Below, piece after piece: positions 7,211 through 15,788 of a DNA stretch of 20,000 nt (the first letter of the stretch is position 1; the number at the start of each line of letters is the position of its first letter). The DNA comes from an uncultured virus (IMG/VR IMGVR_UViG_3300031951_000032) (Duplodnaviria; Heunggongvirae; Uroviricota; Caudoviricetes), in the IMG/VR virus record IMGVR_UViG_3300031951_000032. One strand, given 5' to 3'. The notes under the pieces were generated by a model. That model made no database searches and was not told the origin of the DNA. It saw only the letters and a program-made list of their open reading frames with translations. Both the position numbers and the translations under genes were made by a program.

Positions 7211-8018
7211 TCTGTTGATGGTAAGTCACTTTCATAAAGACTTTCCTTTTAATCATGAATCCTCTTGGCTGAAAGCAGCATACGCTGGTTCTCATGCGCC
7301 ATACAAGTGGCAACCACCAGGTCCCGGCAATTGGATCAACACATCACAACATAAAAGTGTATATGGCTATCGTCACTATTACAGCATGTGTAGTGAAGAT
7401 GAGTTTCTTCGTGCATTAGCACAACAAGCATCCGAGTATTACTTGTGGCATAATGGTCGTGCAGACTTCATTGGCTGTACAACATATCGTCGTTATTTGG
7501 ACTTCAAAGGTGACTTGGGTAAAAATATTCTGAAATCATCGTTGCCGGCCACACAAGAAAGTGCTAATTACATGTCATCCGATGAACAGAAGGCGGCCGC
7601 ACTCAAACTACTTGAGACACACGATGCGATTACGAATCACATCACACCATTGCCATACTCAGTTCGTAATCAGTATCTACAGTCACAACCAGCAGAGTAT
7701 TTGAATCTGTTTTTAGAGGGTATTGAAAAGTTATTACCTGATTACAGAGACAAGATGAGTTGGTGGGATGACAACGGCGCCAGTTTTGAAACATGTTATG
7801 TCATGCGTAAGCAACTGTTCAGAAAATATGCTTCTGAGTTATTTGAACTTTTAGAATATGTGTGGCAGAACACAAGCAGAGTATATCCAACAACTACAAC
7901 AACATCTGAGCCATTGCCTTGGAGATATCCAGGTTTTTTAGGTGAAAGATTTTTACCATTCTTCCTACACGCCAACAACGTAAACGTGGCTAGAACGTCA
8001 CTTGTCATTTTGGAATAG
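7203..8018 (+). CDS. DUF4422-like glycosyltransferase-associated protein
   Basis: SEYYLW...DFIGCTTYRRYLDF, CYVMRKQLFRKYASELFELLE and RYPGFLGERFL match the DUF4422 pattern; likely GTG start at 7203 after GAGG. Confidence 0.7.
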   Translation: MTDLLMVSHFHKDFPFNHESSWLKAAYAGSHAPYKWQPPGPGNWINTSQHKSVYGYRHYYSMCSEDEFLRALAQQASEYYLWHNGRADFIGCTTYRRYLDFKGDLGKNILKSSLPATQESANYMSSDEQKAAALKLLETHDAITNHITPLPYSVRNQYLQSQPAEYLNLFLEGIEKLLPDYRDKMSWWDDNGASFETCYVMRKQLFRKYASELFELLEYVWQNTSRVYPTTTTTSEPLPWRYPGFLGERFLPFFLHANNVNVARTSLVILE

Positions 8019-8070
8019 TCGGAACGATTTTTTCGTCGTGCGCCATGCATGAAGTGAGTGCTTACTTATA

Positions 8071-8565
8071 ATGAAAGAAAAATACGTAAAAGCCCATATG
8101 AAAGCGGCCAGCGTTTATGCTGAACTTTCAACTGCTCGTAGATTACATGTAGGTTGTGTAATCGTCAAAGACAATACCATCATTGGTATCGGATATAACG
8201 GCATGCCATCTGGTTGGGATAACAACTGTGAAGAAACTTTATATGTCCTCAAAGATGAATGTTATGAGACACCGGAATGGATGATTGCCAATGGTTATAC
8301 CGAAACTGCTCATGGTTGGACACGGTTAACGTCTAAACCAGAAGTTCTACATGCCGAATCTAATGCTATTGCTAAAGTTTCTCGGTCAACAAACTCAAGT
8401 GATGGGGCAACAATGTTTATTACCCACGCACCGTGCTTGGAATGTGCTAAGATGATATATCAGTCAGGAATCAAGGAGGTTTACTACAAAAACGCCTACA
8501 GAAGTGATTCAGGTATCAATTTTCTAAAAAAATGTGAAATTAAAGTTATTCAATGTGAGGAGTAA
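8071..8565 (+). CDS. cd: dCMP deaminase
   Basis: STARRLHVGCVIVK, GYNGMPSG and zinc motifs HAESNAI and PCLECAK. Confidence 0.93.
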   Translation: MKEKYVKAHMKAASVYAELSTARRLHVGCVIVKDNTIIGIGYNGMPSGWDNNCEETLYVLKDECYETPEWMIANGYTETAHGWTRLTSKPEVLHAESNAIAKVSRSTNSSDGATMFITHAPCLECAKMIYQSGIKEVYYKNAYRSDSGINFLKKCEIKVIQCEE

Positions 8566-8568
8566 ATT

Positions 8569-8799
8569 ATGAGCAATATCACAAAAGTAGCAAAACAATT
8601 GGCTGAAGCCAATCCTAAAATCTCTAAAGCATACAAGTATGATCTTGTGATGCGTGAGTTTGACAACAAGGTTGAATTGATCGGTCTTGTTGATGATCCA
8701 ACATATGACATTGCCGATTTTGTCGGTCGTGAAATGTTGTTTCCAAAAAAGTGGGTAACACTTGATGTTTATGAACCAACTACAAGGGTATCTGTATGA
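8569..8799 (+). CDS. Hypothetical protein (76 aa)
   Basis: Strong SD GAGGAG; ATGA overlap with the next gene. Confidence 0.7.
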   Translation: MSNITKVAKQLAEANPKISKAYKYDLVMREFDNKVELIGLVDDPTYDIADFVGREMLFPKKWVTLDVYEPTTRVSV

Positions 8800-9104
8800 G
8801 TGAAATAGTTTGTATCACATTTAAAACACATCAAACAATCATTGGTGAAGTAGTTGATAAAGGTGAGATTGGTGTAAAAGTAAAAAACCCAATGCAAGTC
8901 ATTGCAGTGCCACCACGTTCAGCAAGTGATCCGGGTGGTGTTGGCTTTGCGCCATATCTTGCTTTTGTTGAAGAGTTTGATAAAGGTATTACTTTCAATA
9001 ATAATGACATTCTAACAACCAATACACCCGTTTCTGATTTGCTGGCACAATATAGAAAAATGTTTAGCCGAATTGAAATTGCACCACCTGGTCTTGTGAT
9101 TTAA
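8796..9104 (+). CDS. Conserved hypothetical protein preceding gp43 (possible Sm-like beta fold)
   Basis: QTIIGEV..VKNPMQV..GFAPYL pattern of the small gene commonly found between hsp20 and gp43 in T4-like phages; TAATG coupling to gp43. Confidence 0.7.
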   Translation: MSEIVCITFKTHQTIIGEVVDKGEIGVKVKNPMQVIAVPPRSASDPGGVGFAPYLAFVEEFDKGITFNNNDILTTNTPVSDLLAQYRKMFSRIEIAPPGLVI

Positions 9105-11632
9105 TGAGTAAATATTATACGAATGTTTGCGTCCACGGCAATCACATACTTTTTCGTGGAGTGAACAACGGTCGGAGAGTTAAGACAAAGGTCAAATACT
9201 CTCCGACTTTGTTTTTGCAGTCTAATAAACAAAACCAATGGCGTTCATTGTTCAATGAGCCATTGGAACCTATGACTTTTGATACTATTCGGGAGGCACG
9301 TGATTTTGTCAAACGTTACGAAGATGTTTCAAACTTTAAAATCTACGGCAATACACGCTATGAATACGCATTCATTGCTGACAATTTTAGAGGGATTGTT
9401 GATTGGGATATTTCTCATCTCTCTGTCGCTTTCATAGACATTGAGGTTGGTTCTGAAAATGGATTTCCTGATCCATACAAGGCTACTGAGCCTATTACAG
9501 CAATCGCTATTCATCAATTGAATGGCGGTACTACGGTTTATGGTTGTGGTGATTATGAGGTAAAAGGTGAAGAAACATACATTAAGTGTGAAGATGAAAT
9601 CAATCTTTGTGAACGGTTTATTGCTGATTGGTCAAGCGACCATCCTGACGTTGTTACTGGTTGGAATATCAAGTTCTTTGATATTCCTTACCTTGTCAAT
9701 CGTTTCTCACGTTTATTTGGGGATGATGTAGTAAACAAGTTGTCACCATGGTCTGTCTATTCTGAAAGAAAGACTGTGTTCAAAGGCAAAGAGCAGATTG
9801 TTTATGATCTGGTCGGCATTTCTGTTCTTGATTATCTTGAACTGTACCAATGGTATGCACCTGGTGGTAAAAACGCCGAGAACTATCGTCTAGATACAAT
9901 CGCCAGTGTAGAACTTGGTGAAAGCAAACTATCATATGATGAGTATGATAATTTACATCAACTCTATAGACTTGATCATCAAAAGTTTATTGAGTATAAC
10001 ATCAAAGATGTGCATCTGATTTTGAAACTGGAAGATAAACTAAAACTGGTTGAACTTGCACTGACTCTGGCGTATGACACCAAGTGTAACTATGATGATG
10101 TATTTGCACAAACAAGAATGTGGGATGCACTGATCTACAACTATCTACTTGATAAGAAGATTGTTGTGCCACCACGCCGTATTGCCAAAAAGAGTGAAGC
10201 ATTTGAAGGTGCTTATGTCAAAGAACCAAAAATTGGTTTACATAATTGGGTCGCATCATTTGACTTAAACAGTCTGTATCCGCATTTGATTATGCAATAC
10301 AACATCTCACCAGAGACCTTGATTGAGAAAGATGATTATACTGATGATATGCGCCGTATTTCAACACAGGCATCGGTAGAAAGTTTGCTTGACCAAAAAA
10401 TTGATACGAGTGTGATGAAAGATGTGACAGTTACACCAAATGGTCAATTCTTTCGTACAGACAAGCAAGGTTTTCTACCAGCAATGATGATTGAGATGTA
10501 TGAAGACCGTAAAAAGTTTAAGAAGTTGATGTTGAAAGAACAGCAAGATTATGAAAACGAAAAAGACAAAGGTAGAAAAAAAGAAATTGAGAAGTTAATT
10601 GCAAGATACAACAATCTACAACTTGCAAAGAAAGTTTCGCTAAACTCTGCCTACGGTGCAATGGGTTCTCAGTATTTTAGGTTTTATGATTTGCGCCAAG
10701 CACTTGCTGTTACACAAGCGGGTCAACTCTCTATTCGTTGGATTGAAAACAAACTCAACGATTATTTGAATAAAATTCTAAAATCTAATACTGACTATGT
10801 TATTGCTTCGGATACAGATTCAATCTATCTTAATCTTGGTCCACTGGTTGACTCTGTGTATAAAGAAAAACCAGAGGCTCAGAAAGTTATCGCCTTCATG
10901 GACAAAATCTGTGAAGAGAAAATTCAACCATATATTGATAAGAGTTATCAAGAACTTGCTGAATATGTTCATGCGTTCGACCAAAAAATGCAGATGAAAC
11001 GTGAAGGCTTGTCCGATAAAGGTATCTGGACTGCAAAGAAACGTTATATTCTAAATGTGTACAACAACGAAGGTGTTCAGTATGCAAAACCAAAAATCAA
11101 GGTCATGGGTCTTGAGATGGTCAAGTCATCTACACCTACCGCTGTACGTGCCAAGATGTATCAATTGGTTGATTTGGTTGTAAACACCGACGAAGAAACG
11201 GTACAAAAGTTTGTTGCCGACTTTAGAGAAGAGTTTCGTAAGTTACCTGTTGAAGATATTTCTTTTCCACGTGGCTGTAATGGCTTGAAAGAATATGCGG
11301 ATTCTGTTACAATATACAAGAAAGGCACACCTATTCATGTGAAGGGTGCAATACTGTATAATCATTTCCTTAAACAGCACAATCTGATGACTAAGTATCC
11401 TTTGATACAAGAAGGTGAAAAGTTGAAGTTTACCTATCTCAAAACACCAAACCCTTTCAGAGATATGGTTGTTTCATTTCCAACAAGATTGCCAAAAGAG
11501 TTTGAGTTGCAAGAATATATTGATTATGAAACACAGTTTGAAAAAACATTTCTTGAACCGATTAAATTGATTCTTGATTGTATCGGTTGGCAAACAGAGA
11601 AGCAATACACACTTGAGAGTTTCTTTTCATGA
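9104..11632 (+). CDS. gp43: Family B DNA polymerase (T4 gp43 homolog)
   Basis: Exonuclease motifs DIEV, GWNIKFFD and YNIKD; polymerase motifs SFDLNSLYP, KVSLNSAYG, SDTDS and KKRY; C-terminal clamp-binding tail TLESFFS. Confidence 0.98.
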   Translation: MSKYYTNVCVHGNHILFRGVNNGRRVKTKVKYSPTLFLQSNKQNQWRSLFNEPLEPMTFDTIREARDFVKRYEDVSNFKIYGNTRYEYAFIADNFRGIVDWDISHLSVAFIDIEVGSENGFPDPYKATEPITAIAIHQLNGGTTVYGCGDYEVKGEETYIKCEDEINLCERFIADWSSDHPDVVTGWNIKFFDIPYLVNRFSRLFGDDVVNKLSPWSVYSERKTVFKGKEQIVYDLVGISVLDYLELYQWYAPGGKNAENYRLDTIASVELGESKLSYDEYDNLHQLYRLDHQKFIEYNIKDVHLILKLEDKLKLVELALTLAYDTKCNYDDVFAQTRMWDALIYNYLLDKKIVVPPRRIAKKSEAFEGAYVKEPKIGLHNWVASFDLNSLYPHLIMQYNISPETLIEKDDYTDDMRRISTQASVESLLDQKIDTSVMKDVTVTPNGQFFRTDKQGFLPAMMIEMYEDRKKFKKLMLKEQQDYENEKDKGRKKEIEKLIARYNNLQLAKKVSLNSAYGAMGSQYFRFYDLRQALAVTQAGQLSIRWIENKLNDYLNKILKSNTDYVIASDTDSIYLNLGPLVDSVYKEKPEAQKVIAFMDKICEEKIQPYIDKSYQELAEYVHAFDQKMQMKREGLSDKGIWTAKKRYILNVYNNEGVQYAKPKIKVMGLEMVKSSTPTAVRAKMYQLVDLVVNTDEETVQKFVADFREEFRKLPVEDISFPRGCNGLKEYADSVTIYKKGTPIHVKGAILYNHFLKQHNLMTKYPLIQEGEKLKFTYLKTPNPFRDMVVSFPTRLPKEFELQEYIDYETQFEKTFLEPIKLILDCIGWQTEKQYTLESFFS

Positions 11633-12174
11633 AAAATATACGTGTAATCAGAACTGGTATTAATGTCTCAAAGATATTGAAACAGTTGCAGCAGTATCCA
11701 GAAGACTGGGGCAACCAAAAAAAAGTAAAAGGCACTGAACAACTTGACCATGAGAAGTACATTGTTACAACCGATGTACTTCAGTTGGTTATGGCAGGTT
11801 TGGAAAGAGAAGAACAATTTGTTGGTGATAGTGAACTTTGTATTCCAACACCGGCATACAAGCATCACACAGAAATCATAAGTTTTGTCAAAAGACATTT
11901 TAAAAAGTTTTGTCGTTGTGGTTTTTTGAAATTAGGTGTTGGTCAAACAGTTGGTAGACATATAGATGAAGGTACTTATTATCTGACAAAGGATCGTTAT
12001 CATCTATCAATACAAGGTAGATACGAATACTTTGTTGGTGATGAATCAGTTATTGTTGAACCAGGAACTTTACTTTGGTTTAATAATAAGGCATTACACG
12101 GAACACTCAATGTCGGTGACGTTGATAGGATAACTTTTGTTTTTGATGTACCACACTCTAAAAACAATCCATGA
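11629..12174 (+). CDS. Aspartyl/asparaginyl beta-hydroxylase-like 2OG-Fe(II) oxygenase
   Basis: HIDEG..Y...RYHLSI, LWFNNKALHGTLN and DRITFVFD (HxD..H..R jelly-roll). Confidence 0.8.
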   Translation: MKNIRVIRTGINVSKILKQLQQYPEDWGNQKKVKGTEQLDHEKYIVTTDVLQLVMAGLEREEQFVGDSELCIPTPAYKHHTEIISFVKRHFKKFCRCGFLKLGVGQTVGRHIDEGTYYLTKDRYHLSIQGRYEYFVGDESVIVEPGTLLWFNNKALHGTLNVGDVDRITFVFDVPHSKNNP

Positions 12175-13082
12175 CACATGTAATATTACCATTTTTGACT
12201 GCTCTTGCTTTATCGGGTATTGCTGCATATTACTCGGTGATTGGTCTTGCACAGATATTTCCAGGTTCATACTGGCCTATCATCATTATGGGTTCTGTGC
12301 TTGAAGCAGCAAAACTGGTAACTGTGTCGTGGGTATACAATCATTGGAAAACAACATTCTCTGCACTCAAACTTTACTTCCTCATTGCTGTGGTTCTGTT
12401 GATGGGTATTACATCAATGGGAATCTTTGGGTATCTTTCAAAAGCACACATTGAACATTCAAGCACAATAGCACCACAAGCAGCAAAGGTAGAAATCTAT
12501 GATGAAAAGATCAAAGTTATTCAATCGCAAATTGAGAGGAACAACAAGAACCTTAGTCAGTATGATGAGGCTGTCGATCAAATTATGGGCAGAACGAAAG
12601 ATGAAAAGGGGGCTGAACGGGCGAACCAAATTCGTAAAGCCCAACAGAAAGACCGTGAGAGAATCATTGCTGAGACTAAGAGGCTACAAAAAGAAATACA
12701 GTTACTCACGGAAGAGAAGCTCCCTTTATCCTTGGAAGTTAAAAAGGCTGAATCGGATTTGGGGCCTATAAAATATGTGGCAGAAGTAGTTTATGGCACA
12801 CAAGATCGTGACTTGATTGATAAAGCAGTACGATTGGTTATCTTCATCATCATTATTGTATTTGACCCACTTGCTGTGTTATTATTGATAGCAGCAAATC
12901 AAACATACCGCAGAATTAGAGAAGATAAAGGTGAGATTGAACCGATCAAAAAGGCAGTAAAGAAGAAAAAACTTGACAGCACACCGTCACGCACGTTAGA
13001 ATCATTCTTTGTGGATGATAAGCACACGGTAATACCAAAAGACAAAATTGCAGATATTGGAGATATGAATGAGCGTACTTGA
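12171..13082 (+). CDS. Membrane-anchored coiled-coil protein (DUF4407-like architecture)
   Basis: Three N-terminal hydrophobic segments (AAYYSVIGL, LEAAKLV, ITSMGIFGYLSKAH), a central charged coiled coil and a C-terminal TM segment VIFIIIIVFDPLAVLLLIAA. Confidence 0.75.
   Translation: MTHVILPFLTALALSGIAAYYSVIGLAQIFPGSYWPIIIMGSVLEAAKLVTVSWVYNHWKTTFSALKLYFLIAVVLLMGITSMGIFGYLSKAHIEHSSTIAPQAAKVEIYDEKIKVIQSQIERNNKNLSQYDEAVDQIMGRTKDEKGAERANQIRKAQQKDRERIIAETKRLQKEIQLLTEEKLPLSLEVKKAESDLGPIKYVAEVVYGTQDRDLIDKAVRLVIFIIIIVFDPLAVLLLIAANQTYRRIREDKGEIEPIKKAVKKKKLDSTPSRTLESFFVDDKHTVIPKDKIADIGDMNERT
12973..13002 (+). promoter_or_regulatory. Sigma70-type promoter upstream of uvsX
   Basis: TTGACA-N18-TAGAAT preceded by an A-tract (UP-like), about 65 nt before the uvsX ATG. 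Confidence 0.65.
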
Positions 13083-14130
13083 TAAACTAAAAAAAGCATC
13101 AACGATTAAAGAGACATCGGTGCTTTCTAAATCAAAGTTTTTTACCGATAAAGATATGATTCAAACTGATGTGCCTATCATTAACGTGGCACTATCAGGT
13201 AATTTAGATGGTGGTTTGACACCAGGTCTAACGATGTTTGCTGGTCCATCAAAACATTTTAAAACCGCATTTGCTTTACTCATGGCAAAATCATACATGA
13301 AGAAGTATGAAGACGCTGTTGTTCTGTTTTATGATTCTGAGTTCGGCACACCACAAAGTTATTTTGACGCATTCGGTATTGATACTGAAAGAGTGTTACA
13401 CACACCAATTACCGATGTTGAACAATTGAAACATGATATCATGAATCAGTTGCAAAATATTGAAAAAGATGATAAAGTGATTATTGTGCTTGATTCGATT
13501 GGCAATTTGGCTTCAAAGAAAGAAGTTGAAGATTCAATTGAAGGTAAATCTGTTGCTGACATGAGCCGAGCAAAACAGATGAAATCTTTGTTTCGTATGG
13601 TCACACCACATTTGACAATCAAAGACATTCCAATGATTGTTGTCAATCACACATACAAAGAGATTGGTATGTATCCTAAAGATATCGTTGGTGGTGGCAC
13701 AGGTTCTTATTACTCAGCAGACACAATCTGGATTCTTGGTCGTCAACAAGACAAAGATGGTACAGAAATTGTCGGCTATAACTTCATTATCAACGTAGAA
13801 AAAAGTAGATATGTCAGAGAAAAATCCAAAATACCTGTTACTGTATCCTTTGACGGTGGTATTAACAAGTGGTCTGGCCTATTGGATATTGCACTCGAAG
13901 GTAATTTCGTCACTAAGCCAAGCAATGGTTGGTACGCTAAAGTAGATCAAGAAACTGGTGAAGTTCTTGAGAAGAAACGTTTTGCTGATACTCAAAATGA
14001 AGAGTTCTGGAAAGATATTCTTGCAAATGAAAGTTTCAAAGAATATGTAAGGAAAAAATATGAAATCACTTATAGCAGCATTCTTGGAGAAGATGCCGTT
14101 TTGGAAGAAGAAGATGAAGCCACAAATTAA
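13069..14130 (+). CDS. uvsX: RecA-like recombinase UvsX
   Basis: NVALSG..DGGL.PGLT, AGPSKHFKT, LFYDSEFG, DSIGNLASKKE and VADMSRAK; SD GGAG. Confidence 0.96.
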   Translation: MSVLDKLKKASTIKETSVLSKSKFFTDKDMIQTDVPIINVALSGNLDGGLTPGLTMFAGPSKHFKTAFALLMAKSYMKKYEDAVVLFYDSEFGTPQSYFDAFGIDTERVLHTPITDVEQLKHDIMNQLQNIEKDDKVIIVLDSIGNLASKKEVEDSIEGKSVADMSRAKQMKSLFRMVTPHLTIKDIPMIVVNHTYKEIGMYPKDIVGGGTGSYYSADTIWILGRQQDKDGTEIVGYNFIINVEKSRYVREKSKIPVTVSFDGGINKWSGLLDIALEGNFVTKPSNGWYAKVDQETGEVLEKKRFADTQNEEFWKDILANESFKEYVRKKYEITYSSILGEDAVLEEEDEATN

Positions 14131-14425
14131 TGAAGATTTCACACTTCTTGATTCTGATGATGGATTTAAAACTGGTGTTGGCATACTAAAGGGTCCGTAT
14201 CAGGGAGTTCTTTATCATTATGGTAAAGTTAGACTATCTGAAGAAGAAGACCATGCTAAGATGACTTTTTCTTATACAATAGTCACTTCACCACAAATAC
14301 CGATTGATGATTTAACGCAGGACACCGAGTTTCATACACTCATTGGTGACATATTAACTGAAATTTTAACCTCAAAGAATTATGAAGCGCCTAGAGACTA
14401 CGATCCTGAAGAATTTGATATTTAA
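14114..14425 (+). CDS. Hypothetical protein in the T4 gene 40 position, between uvsX and gp41
   Basis: ATG 14114 preferred over 14060 because of the smaller overlap; GPYQGVLYHYGKV..F.Y..IGDIL pattern. Homology to gp40 is only positional. Confidence 0.65.
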   Translation: MKPQINEDFTLLDSDDGFKTGVGILKGPYQGVLYHYGKVRLSEEEDHAKMTFSYTIVTSPQIPIDDLTQDTEFHTLIGDILTEILTSKNYEAPRDYDPEEFDI

Positions 14426-15788
14426 TGAGGACTATACAAGAAAGATTATTCCTTTTTTAAAGACTGAATACTTCACAGACTCAACAGAAAAAAATCTGTT
14501 TGAGGAAATAAACGACCACATAAATCAGTTCAAACATCTTCCAACCTACGAATCACTTGTCATCAATTTTACAGAATCACGTAAACTGACCGAAGAACAG
14601 GTCAGAAAAGCCGTTGAGATGATTCGTGAAATCAATGCAGACAAAACTGATCCTACAGATGTAGATTGGCTCATCAAGCAAACTGAAAAGTTTTGCCAAG
14701 ACAAAGCAATCTATAATGCCATCATGAAGTCTGTTAAGATTCTTGATGATAGGGAAAATAAAGAAGATAAAGGTATGATACCAAAGATGTTATCTGATGC
14801 ACTTGGTGTATCATTTGATAACTCTGTTGGTCATGATTATATTGATGATTCAGATAATCGTTTTGATTTCTATCATCGTCATGAAACAAAGATTCCTTTT
14901 GACCTTGATTTGTTCAACAAGATTACCAAAGGTGGTCTACCAAAGAAAACATTGAACATTGCACTTGCTGGTACGGGTGTTGGTAAATCATTGTTCATGT
15001 GTCACGTTGCAGGTTCTTGTTTGGCACAAGGTCTGAATGTTTTGTATATCACGATGGAAATGGCTGAAGAACGAATTGCTGAACGTATTGACGCCAATCT
15101 ATTGAACATTGATATTGCTGACCTGAACTCTATCAGTAAACAAGATTATGACCGCAAGTTCTCTGCATTGAAAGTCAAAACACATGGTAAACTCATCATC
15201 AAAGAGTATCCAACAGCAGCAGCCTCAGCACTACACTTCCGTGCTTTGTTAAATGAATTGCAACTAAAAAAGAGTTTCAAACCTGACATCATTTTCATTG
15301 ACTATCTTAACATTTGTGCAAGTGCCAGAATCAAACCTGGTGCTAACGTAAATAGTTATTCTTATATTAAGGCTATTGCGGAAGAACTCAGGGGTCTTGC
15401 GGTTGAGTTTGAAGTGCCGATAGTATCGGCTACACAAACGACCCGTTCCGGCTTCACCTCCAGCGATCCTGGTCTTGAGGATACTTCAGAGTCCTTTGGC
15501 TTACCAGCGACCGCAGACTTTATGTTCGCCTTGATAAGTACCGAAGAGTTGCAACAATTGAATCAGATACTAATTAAGCAACTAAAGAATCGCTACAATG
15601 ATCCGAATTATTTCAAGCGGTTTGTAGTGGGTATTGACAGAGCCAAGATGAAACTGTATGATGTGGAACAGTCAGCACAGGATGATTTGGTAGATACCGG
15701 ACAAGTTGATGACAAACCTCTGAACAGTTTTGGTGACCGTGAACGTCAGTCTGGGATGAAGAACAAGTTTGGAGGATTCAAAGTATGA
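14382..15788 (+). CDS. gp41: Replicative DnaB-like helicase (T4 gp41 homolog)
   Basis: Walker A LAGTGVGKSLFMC, YITMEMAEE, IFIDYLNIC, SATQTTRSG, SESFGLPATAD and KQLKNRY. Confidence 0.97.
   Translation: MKRLETTILKNLIFNEDYTRKIIPFLKTEYFTDSTEKNLFEEINDHINQFKHLPTYESLVINFTESRKLTEEQVRKAVEMIREINADKTDPTDVDWLIKQTEKFCQDKAIYNAIMKSVKILDDRENKEDKGMIPKMLSDALGVSFDNSVGHDYIDDSDNRFDFYHRHETKIPFDLDLFNKITKGGLPKKTLNIALAGTGVGKSLFMCHVAGSCLAQGLNVLYITMEMAEERIAERIDANLLNIDIADLNSISKQDYDRKFSALKVKTHGKLIIKEYPTAAASALHFRALLNELQLKKSFKPDIIFIDYLNICASARIKPGANVNSYSYIKAIAEELRGLAVEFEVPIVSATQTTRSGFTSSDPGLEDTSESFGLPATADFMFALISTEELQQLNQILIKQLKNRYNDPNYFKRFVVGIDRAKMKLYDVEQSAQDDLVDTGQVDDKPLNSFGDRERQSGMKNKFGGFKV
15634..15662 (+). promoter_or_regulatory. 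Sigma70-type promoter inside the 3' end of gp41
   Basis: TTGACA-N17-TATGAT, about 120 nt upstream of the oxygenase gene; coincides with the conserved GIDRAKMKLYD peptide. Confidence 0.45.

Noticed and set aside
8067..8072. TATAAT as a promoter for dCMP deaminase
   Set aside because: It overlaps the ATG itself and has no recognisable -35, so it cannot drive this gene from that start.
10801..10825. Polymerase motif C reads ASDTDS rather than YGDTDS
   Set aside because: This variant is familiar from environmental T4-like gp43 proteins and the catalytic aspartates are intact, so it is not evidence for a modified-base polymerase.
2410..12771. Alternate-frame plus-strand ORFs 2410-2646, 6196-6387, 10797-10997 and 12499-12771
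   Set aside because: They are nested in gp44, hsp20, gp43 and the membrane protein, with no independent coding signal.
9104..15788. Inteins, introns or split genes in gp43, uvsX and gp41
   Set aside because: All three are continuous and of ordinary length, with no intein ends or LAGLIDADG/HNH inserts visible.
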